The notes under the pieces: model-generated
Seen by the model: the letters and a program-made list of their open reading frames with translations, nothing else
Told to the model about the DNA's origin: nothing
Databases searched by the model: none
Translations under genes and position numbers: made by a program
NCBI GenBank assembly: GCA_945859975.1
Contig: CAMAPH010000001.1
Coordinates: 32,001-96,000, forward strand
Direction: 5' to 3'
Source: Chthonomonas calidirosea
GTDB lineage: Bacteria; Armatimonadota; Fimbriimonadia; Fimbriimonadales; Fimbriimonadaceae
Length of the DNA: 64,000 bases
In this document: positions 57,548 through 64,000 of the stretch, piece by piece
How the letters are laid out: every line of letters begins with the position of its first letter
Position numbering within the stretch: the stretch's first letter is position 1

Positions 57548-58566
57548 TCTGTCAAACCTTGTCGAAGTTGCCGCAACGCTCGTTGGGCGGTCTTTCGCGC
57601 TCGGAAGTTCACGTTGTGCTGCTCAATCGTCGCCGCGAACCGAGATTCCCCGCTTGGCATGGCAACGTAATACAAGTATGAATGTTGGGCAGGTTTCAGA
57701 GCGGCCTGGATACTTGCCACCGTCGGTGAGCAGATTGGGGTTGGCGGGAGTCCGTCGTTGCGGTAGAGGTTGTAGGGCGAGTCGATGCTCTTATACTCGC
57801 TCCGGAGCAGTGGCCGCCACTTTTGAATTCCGTAGTTGATCGCGGCATCGATCTGCAGCCGCATTCCCTTTGACAGTCGATTCTCGATCACTCCCGCGAC
57901 GATGGGGCGCTCGTTATCCTCTTTGACTTCGAGCTCTACCAGCGAGGCAACGGTGATGACGCGATGCAGATTCTCAGGCTGATCTAGCCCTTGCCAGACC
58001 TTTTTTTCAAAGTTGGCAAGCTGACGAACAATGACACCGCGGGCGCCTAGGAGGGGCGGGAAGTCGTAGGTGTCGGGGTAGAGATAGCCTTCCAGAGACT
58101 TCTCCGGAAGTGGGAAGTTGACGACATCCTTAAAGGCGCTCGGATTGTTGACAAGGGCCATGTATTCGGCGGCGGTGCAGACGTTCGCTTTTGCGAGTAA
58201 GTTCGCCGAGCGGCGGGCCCAGTTGGTTTCGGGCATGCGGACCATTTGGCTGATTGGCTTTTGGAGAACTCGGAAGATTTCGCCGAGTTCCATTCCGGGG
58301 CGGAGTTCGTAGGTGCCGGTTTGGACGGTTTGCGGGGTGCGTTCTAGTCGGGAGAAAAGGTGGGCGGCGAAGGAGTCGGTGACAAAACCTTCGGTTTGCA
58401 GCCTTCCTAAAGCTCGCTCCAAGCTCGTTCTGGACTCGAAGCGGATGAGCTTGGGTTCGCCGTTTGGCTTTGGCGCGAGGCGGGTTTTGAACCAGACGCT
58501 GACGAGAATGAGGTCAACGACCAGAAATACGCAGACGATCAGAATGATGCGCGGCCGGCGGTTCAA
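57544..58566 (-). CDS. mltG: Endolytic transglycosylase MltG
   Basis: LEGYLYPDTY, ASLVELE, NRL..M.LQID, SPYN.Y, GLPPTPI. Confidence 0.94.
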   Translation of the reverse strand: MNRRPRIILIVCVFLVVDLILVSVWFKTRLAPKPNGEPKLIRFESRTSLERALGRLQTEGFVTDSFAAHLFSRLERTPQTVQTGTYELRPGMELGEIFRVLQKPISQMVRMPETNWARRSANLLAKANVCTAAEYMALVNNPSAFKDVVNFPLPEKSLEGYLYPDTYDFPPLLGARGVIVRQLANFEKKVWQGLDQPENLHRVITVASLVELEVKEDNERPIVAGVIENRLSKGMRLQIDAAINYGIQKWRPLLRSEYKSIDSPYNLYRNDGLPPTPICSPTVASIQAALKPAQHSYLYYVAMPSGESRFAATIEQHNVNFRARKTAQRALRQLRQGLTE

Positions 58567-58973
58567 GATTGCCCCCGGAAGAATCGCTCAAGGATTCGGC
58601 AAGCGGCTTCGCCGTCTCGGCGTTTGCGGCGCTCGGCTTCGGTCATGTCGAGTCCGGCCATGGCGTCGGTCGCTTCGACGCTCGTGAAGCTTTCATCGAC
58701 CATGTGGACTTTGTAGCCCAAGGCTTCAAGGTTTGCCCCGAACTGTCGCATCACCTTTGCCATGCGGCCTTCGGTGCCGTCGAGTTCTACCGGTAGGCCA
58801 ACGACGATGGCGTCGACTTGTTCAACCTTTGCCTTTGCGGCGACTTGTTCGGCGTCGAGGGTCAGCTTTCCCCGCGCGGTCAATGCCGGGCGGGGCGAGA
58901 CGACTTGGGGCGAGCTTTCTCCGATCGCCAAGCCGATGCGCTTTGTTCCCAAATCTACGCCGAGCAGTCTCAT
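58563..58973 (-). CDS. ruvX: RuvX / YqgF nuclease
   Basis: LGVDLGTKRIGLA, VVGLP, VDESFTS, AA..IL. Confidence 0.94.
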   Translation of the reverse strand: MRLLGVDLGTKRIGLAIGESSPQVVSPRPALTARGKLTLDAEQVAAKAKVEQVDAIVVGLPVELDGTEGRMAKVMRQFGANLEALGYKVHMVDESFTSVEATDAMAGLDMTEAERRKRRDGEAACRILERFFRGQS

Positions 58974-59743
58974 GCAGCTCGGAACATCTCGACCAGCTCG
59001 TCGTGAACCACGCCGTTCGTAGCGAGGGCAGCGTAGCCTCCCTTGTCGTCGATGGGCGTGTAGCCGTCGGCGCCGTCGGGGGTCGTGAACTTGCCGCCGG
59101 CTTCGGTGACGATGAGTCCGACGCTACTGACATCCCAGAGGGCGACTCGGGGGTCGATCATGGCTTCGGCTTTGCCCCAGGCGACGAGGGCATAGCCGTA
59201 GGCGTCGCCCCAGGTTCGGACGTCCATGGCGCGCTCGCCGGCTTTTAGGTACGGATCGAGGCGGTTGAGGCGCTGCATGGTGCGGAGGCTGCCGCAGCAG
59301 AGGATGCTGCCGTCGAGTCCTTTTTCGCTGACGTGGATTGGGCGACCGTTGACGTAGGCGCCTTCGCCCGTTTCGGCGAAGAACATAAGGTCTAGCCCTG
59401 GGAAGTAGGCGATGCCTAGGACGGGTCGGCGGTCCACTTCGTAGCTGAGCAGGGTGCTGTAGCTTGGGACTCCGGCGACGAAGGCTTTGGTTCCGTCGAT
59501 CGGGTCGATGACCCAGCGGTCGGCTACGGCGGCGTCGCCGCCTTCTTCTTCACCCAGGATGTGGTCGTTCGGGAACTGCTTTTCGATCAGTTCGCGAATG
59601 ATTCGCTCGGCGCCGCGGTCGGCGGCGGTTACCGGGGTGTCGTCGCTTTTGGTATCCACCATCGTTCCGGTTTGGAACAGGGAGAGGGTGAATTTGCCAG
59701 CTTTGTGGGCCGCGTCTAGGGCAAAAGCGAGTCTTGGCGACAT
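58970..59743 (-). CDS. hisN: Inositol monophosphatase family, histidinol-phosphatase HisN-like
   Basis: PVTAAD, GEE, WVIDPIDGT, WGD, WD. Confidence 0.8.
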   Translation of the reverse strand: MSPRLAFALDAAHKAGKFTLSLFQTGTMVDTKSDDTPVTAADRGAERIIRELIEKQFPNDHILGEEEGGDAAVADRWVIDPIDGTKAFVAGVPSYSTLLSYEVDRRPVLGIAYFPGLDLMFFAETGEGAYVNGRPIHVSEKGLDGSILCCGSLRTMQRLNRLDPYLKAGERAMDVRTWGDAYGYALVAWGKAEAMIDPRVALWDVSSVGLIVTEAGGKFTTPDGADGYTPIDDKGGYAALATNGVVHDELVEMFRAA

Positions 59744-59802
59744 GAGCCTCAGTTTGACACCGATCTACTGAACTCTTGGCAAAATGGCCGGTCAATGCTG
59801 GC

Positions 59803-60570
59803 ATGCCATTTGTTGCGATTGCCTTGCTGCTTGCCGTTTCGACCGCCGAAGAGAAAGTGTATGACGTTGCCGGAGTTCAGCGGGAGGCGACGATCATCGC
59901 TCCTACGCGAACGACGGCGAATCCTCCGTTGATTTTCGGATTCCACGGTCATGGTGGTAACCGCCGGAATGCGGCGCGGAGTTTCCGGTTGGAGCAGCTT
60001 TGGCCGGAAGCGATCGTTGTTTACATGCAGGGCCTTCCGACGCCGGGGATGACCGATCCGAATGGCGAAAAAAACGGCTGGCAACAGAACGCCGGGGAGC
60101 AAGGTGACCGCGATTTGGCCTTCTTCGATACGGTTTTGAAGGATGTCTCCTCCCGATTTCGCGTTGCCCCTTCGCGGACTTTTTCGATGGGGCACAGTAA
60201 CGGCGGCCGGTTCTCCTACCTGCTTTGGTCGAAACGCGGCGACAAGTTTGCGGCGTTTGGTCCTTCGGCTTCCCCGGTCGGGTTGATGCCAATTGAACCT
60301 AAGCCGGCCTTCATCATGGCGGGTGAGACGGATGAAGTCGTCAGATTTGCCAGCCAGCAGCGGTCGATCAACCGAGTCCTTCGAATCGACGGCCATCGGG
60401 GAGACGGCAAGAAGATCGCGGAGTACACCACGCGGTACGACGGCGCGACGCCGGTGATCACTTATGTCCACCCGGATGGGCACCGATTCACTTCGGAGGC
60501 GATGCCGATGATGATCACTTTCTTTCGCGAGATCGTGAGTGGTACAATTTCAAATCGGTCGGGGGCATAG
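59803..60570 (+). CDS. Secreted alpha/beta hydrolase (PHB depolymerase/esterase-like)
   Basis: FHGHGG, GHSNGG nucleophile elbow, G..D, GH. Stop codon falls inside tRNA-Ala. Confidence 0.85.
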   Translation: MPFVAIALLLAVSTAEEKVYDVAGVQREATIIAPTRTTANPPLIFGFHGHGGNRRNAARSFRLEQLWPEAIVVYMQGLPTPGMTDPNGEKNGWQQNAGEQGDRDLAFFDTVLKDVSSRFRVAPSRTFSMGHSNGGRFSYLLWSKRGDKFAAFGPSASPVGLMPIEPKPAFIMAGETDEVVRFASQQRSINRVLRIDGHRGDGKKIAEYTTRYDGATPVITYVHPDGHRFTSEAMPMMITFFREIVSGTISNRSGA

Positions 60571-60636
60571 CTCAGTTGGTAGAGCATCTGCTTTGCAAGC
60601 AGAGGGTCAGGGGTTCGAATCCCCTTGCCTCCACCA
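60561..60636 (+). tRNA. tRNA-Ala (TGC)
   Basis: GGGGGCATAGCTCAGTTGGTAGAGCATCTGCTTTGCAAGCAGAGGGTCAGGGGTTCGAATCCCCTTGCCTCCACCA; G3:U70 pair, CCA. Confidence 0.97.
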
Positions 60637-60733
60637 CTTCTCTTTCGGTCCGTTCTGGACCTTCCGCGGCCCCTTTCGGGGCGCTTTGAGTGGCCTTGAA
60701 TGGCTTTGCGTTGCCTTGCGTGGCGGGGATGCG

Positions 60734-60871
60734 GGTTCGGATTCGTTCGGGTTTGTTCGGGGGTTCGGGTTTGTTTGAACCATTCATGTTCTCCTGAACT
60801 TCCCGTCAATTCCGATGGGCGTCTGGTTCGGATTCGTTCGGGTTTGTTCGGGGGTTCGGGTTTGTTTGAAC
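60734..60871. repeat. Perfect 47-bp direct repeat (60734-60780 and 60825-60871) built of GTTCG(G) units
   Basis: GGTTCGGATTCGTTCGGGTTTGTTCGGGGGTTCGGGTTTGTTTGAAC twice, with a 44-bp spacer. Confidence 0.92.
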
Positions 60872-61265
60872 GCCACGCTAGCGATCATTAAGATCGTTTC
60901 CTATGAAACCATTCTGTTCCCTCGATTCCGTAGGCTGGTGGGCGGAAAATTTATTTATAAATGCTCCCGCCTTAGGGCCGAGTGTAAATTTTCATTTCTC
61001 GCGCGGTTCGTCTCTCCATCTATAACGGGCGACGGACGTGAAAAGTCAACCTACGAATTTGGGAATCTAAAGCTAGATTAGGCAGCACGCTCTCATCTTA
61101 GAAAGCAAGTGTTACCTATGTGTTCGGAATAAATTGCATCGGATGCCCAGGAAGGGATGATTTGACACGAATTGGTGGCCCGGGATGCGGGGCTTAACGA
61201 GAAGTGGAGTGGACTCTTCAATCGATCGGTCAATCCTGTTAGACTCGGGTTTTAGGGATCGCCTG

Positions 61266-63536
61266 ATGATAAGCCTTATGTTTGCTGTGGTCGCCAACTT
61301 GCCCAGTGCCGGGCAGTATGTCGCGCCGATTTTGGATGTGGTGAAGCCGGTTGTTGCGGATCGGCAGGTTTTTCAGGTGCCAGACCGAGTTCAGTTATCC
61401 GGTTGGCTGGGGTCTCGGATTGATGCGAATACCCAGAATCGGCTCGAGAAAATTGATATCGACCGACTTTTGGAGGGATACCGGAAAAGGCCGGGGCGGC
61501 AGAGTTGGGACGGCGAGCATATTGGGAAATGGCTTCATGCCGCGACCTTAGCTTGGGTGAATTCTGGAGACCCAAAGCTTCGTAAGAAACTCGACCTAGC
61601 CGTACTTGAGCTTGAAAAATGTCAGCTTTCGGATGGATATCTCGGAACCTATTTAGAGAAGGATCGGTGGACGGAGTGGGATGTTTGGGCCCACAAATAC
61701 AACCTGATTGGCCTCCTCACTTACGTTCGCTACACGGGAAATCGGAAGCCGCTTGTGACTTGCCGAAAAATGGCAGACCTCCTTTGCCGCGAGTTCGGTG
61801 ATCAACCCGGGCAGCGTGATCTCATCCAGGCAGGCGCCCATGTGGGCATGGCACCGACCAGCGTTTTGGAACCCATGACGCTTCTTTATCGCGCGACGGG
61901 CGAGAAGCGGTATTTGGACTTCTGCAAGTACATCATTCGTACGTGGGAGCAACCGAACGGTCCGCAGATCCTTTCGCGACTTTTGGACCGGAAGGGAGTC
62001 GACAAAGTTGGGAACGGCAAGGCTTACGAAATGCTCTCGTGCCTCACGGGCGTTTTAGAGTTGTATCGAACCACCGGGGATAAGTCGCTTTTGCAGGCAT
62101 GCATTAATGCATGGGGCGATGTGGTCCGCAATCGGCTTTACATCACGGGTGCGGCAAGTAGTTTTGAGCTATTTCGCGGCGACTTTGATTTGCCAAACAA
62201 CGGCAACGTTGGCGAAACCTGCGTTACGGTTACTTGGATTCAGCTTAATGCGCAATTACTTCGCCTCACCGGCGAGGCTCGATTTGCCGAGCAGTTAGAG
62301 CACGTTTCACTCAATCAGCTTCTAGGCGCGCAGCAACCGGATGGTCGCGGTTGGGGTTACTACGTTCAGATGGAGGGCCGGAAGCCTTATAGCTCCACCC
62401 TCGACGGCCATTGCTGCCTTTCGAGTGGGCCACGCGGCATTGCTTTGCTGCCGACCTTTGCAATTACCACGGACGCAGACGGGGCGGTTGTTAACCTGTT
62501 TAACCCCGGAACCGCGCATTTGAAGCTGGCCGATGGAAGTCCGATTGAGCTTGAGATTGTTACCAACTTCCCTGCTGATGGCCAGGTTCGAATACACGTC
62601 AAGAATCCTAAGCAACGAGTTTTCTCGGTCAAGCTGCGCCAGCCCACTTGGAGTTCCAAACTGCCGTCTAACCTCGGCTGGGAAAGTAGCCCTGATGGCT
62701 ATCGAGTTATCCGAAAAAGGTGGACGTCTGGCGAAGTCGTTACCGTCAATCTGTCGCTCAAGACTCGGATCGTGAAGGGCGACCATTTGAACTTGGGCAA
62801 AGCGGCGGTGATGTATGGTCCGCTTGTGCTGGCCGCGGATGAGTCTCTTCTTTCCGGAGGACGACTAGCGAATTTTGGCCTCTCCAATGGGGGAAATCCA
62901 CTTGCGGTGAAGCCCGTGGTGGCTCCCGCGTCTCGAAAAACTTGGAAGGGGGCGCAAGTGTTTCGGCTGAACCCAAGGAAGACGCTGGTTCCGTTCTCCG
63001 ATGTGGGGATCACGGGGGCAAGATACAAGGTCTGGATTCCCATGGAGGACTCGTTCAGCTACAACGTTTTGTTGGGAGGGCAAGAGAGCTTCTCAAGACA
63101 GGGCAACGTCGCTGAATCGATTGCGGACGACGATCCGGAAACGATGGCGGTGACCTTCAATAGCGCGCGGGCCGAGGAAGATTGGTTTGCGATTTCCCTT
63201 TCCAAGGAAGTCTCCGCGCAAAGAATTGTTTTTTGGCCAGGTCGAGTTTTTCATGACGGGGGCTGGTTCGACACGCGAACCGGAAAGCCCAAGGTTCAAA
63301 TTCAACGCACCGCAGATGGTCCATGGGAAACCATTGGCGAGCTAGACGACTATCCGGCGGCGACGGATCGAGAGGTGAGCGACCCGAGACTGACGGCCAA
63401 GTCGGTCGGCTTTACGCTGAGCTTGGCGGCTCCGCTGCGGTTCCGCGCCGTGCGGATTCTCGGCGTGCCGGCATCCGGCGATAATCCCGCCCAGAACTTT
63501 TCGTCTTGCGGAGAGCTGCAGGCCTTCGCGAAGTAG
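61266..63536 (+). CDS. GH127-family glycoside hydrolase (beta-L-arabinofuranosidase-like) with C-terminal discoidin-like domain
   Basis: GEHIGKWL, DGYLG, ETCVT, CCLSSG (Zn/Cys nucleophile motifs), LRQPTW, YGPLVL. Start uncertain. Confidence 0.87.
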   Translation: MISLMFAVVANLPSAGQYVAPILDVVKPVVADRQVFQVPDRVQLSGWLGSRIDANTQNRLEKIDIDRLLEGYRKRPGRQSWDGEHIGKWLHAATLAWVNSGDPKLRKKLDLAVLELEKCQLSDGYLGTYLEKDRWTEWDVWAHKYNLIGLLTYVRYTGNRKPLVTCRKMADLLCREFGDQPGQRDLIQAGAHVGMAPTSVLEPMTLLYRATGEKRYLDFCKYIIRTWEQPNGPQILSRLLDRKGVDKVGNGKAYEMLSCLTGVLELYRTTGDKSLLQACINAWGDVVRNRLYITGAASSFELFRGDFDLPNNGNVGETCVTVTWIQLNAQLLRLTGEARFAEQLEHVSLNQLLGAQQPDGRGWGYYVQMEGRKPYSSTLDGHCCLSSGPRGIALLPTFAITTDADGAVVNLFNPGTAHLKLADGSPIELEIVTNFPADGQVRIHVKNPKQRVFSVKLRQPTWSSKLPSNLGWESSPDGYRVIRKRWTSGEVVTVNLSLKTRIVKGDHLNLGKAAVMYGPLVLAADESLLSGGRLANFGLSNGGNPLAVKPVVAPASRKTWKGAQVFRLNPRKTLVPFSDVGITGARYKVWIPMEDSFSYNVLLGGQESFSRQGNVAESIADDDPETMAVTFNSARAEEDWFAISLSKEVSAQRIVFWPGRVFHDGGWFDTRTGKPKVQIQRTADGPWETIGELDDYPAATDREVSDPRLTAKSVGFTLSLAAPLRFRAVRILGVPASGDNPAQNFSSCGELQAFAK

Positions 63537-63738
63537 AGTGCGGATCCCGAGAGTGCTGTCACTTCCTAGAGCGGATGTAAATGATCGGCTTGCGCACGAC
63601 CAGCTTGACAGGATTTGCGAGCGAAAGACACGAAATGGCAACCTGTGTTTTGCGCGGCTCCTGCGAAAAATCGCCTTTGGTGATTGAGAAAGGCGGGTTC
63701 AGGAACTGGATCGCGCGATAAGTTCGTAACATTGCGCT

Positions 63739-64000
63739 GTGCTTGTCAGTTTCATTGCTTCTCTTAGCTTGGTAATTCCAACTGCTGGCACCGGGCCTTT
63801 GGTGGATGGACCTTCCTCGGCGGTATGGTCGAAGGCTCTTGCAGCGGGTGATATTCCGGGGCTAAGCGTAGCCAAGGTTGAGGCGGGTTCGGTGAAGTGG
63901 AGCAATGCGCTTGGCCGTCGGGATGCGACCGACCGATCGGCGAATGCACAGAAGGTGAATTCTGAAACCGTGTTTGAAGCGGCATCGCTGGGTAAGCCGA
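63739..64000 (+). CDS. Serine hydrolase (beta-lactamase family), N-terminal part (runs off the window end)
   Basis: Manual translation ..IPGLSVA..TVFEAASLGKP (SxxK); TAACAT box 6 nt before GTG. Confidence 0.8.
   Translation, partial: MLVSFIASLSLVIPTAGTGPLVDGPSSAVWSKALAAGDIPGLSVAKVEAGSVKWSNALGRRDATDRSANAQKVNSETVFEAASLGKP

Noticed and set aside
60734..60871. Possible mini-CRISPR (repeat-spacer-repeat)
   Set aside because: Only two units, an internally repetitive non-palindromic 47-mer, and no cas genes in the window.
60462..61081. Short ORFs across tRNA-Ala and the repeats
   Set aside because: Translations of tRNA and low-complexity repeat DNA.
63537..63738. 12-mer GAGTGCTGTCAC shared with the riboswitch leader near 19227
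   Set aside because: Matches of this length are expected by chance in 64 kb, and there is no riboswitch core here.

Overview
A gene-dense, GC-rich bacterial chromosome segment with about 70 CDS. The lineage is probably Armatimonadota (Fimbriimonas-like). This is an inference from the [17 protein letters not shown] prepilin/H-X9-DG protein and overall gene style, not from a marker gene. Content is mostly core: a suf Fe-S cluster lacking sufB (sufC-sufD-orf-sufS-sufU-orf-sufT-rrf2-sufA), thrC-thrB, fucI, infC-rpmI-rplT, xerD, tsaD/rimI, mnmG, lgt, dprA-nagA, hisN-ruvX-mltG-yqeG/gtrA-aroE-sua5, and stand-alone tRNA-Ile(GAT) and tRNA-Ala(TGC). No CRISPR array, prophage or transposase was seen. 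Most interesting signals: (1) a compact cobalamin riboswitch controlling a lone prepilin-like H-X9-DG protein, a candidate non-canonical B12-acquisition component; (2) an ArsR HTH fused to a CarH-type B12 module with an intact W-x9-EH motif, a candidate new photoreceptor-regulator architecture; (3) -10 boxes 6-9 nt before many start codons, suggesting leaderless mRNAs; (4) a shared TTGAC-N6-GTACAG operator before sufC and the rrf2 gene; (5) an ATC-initiated infC overlapping an extended rpmI by 134 nt; (6) an unannotated 54-aa basic protein; (7) a perfect 47-bp direct repeat just after tRNA-Ala. All calls come from reading motifs by eye; no database searches were run.
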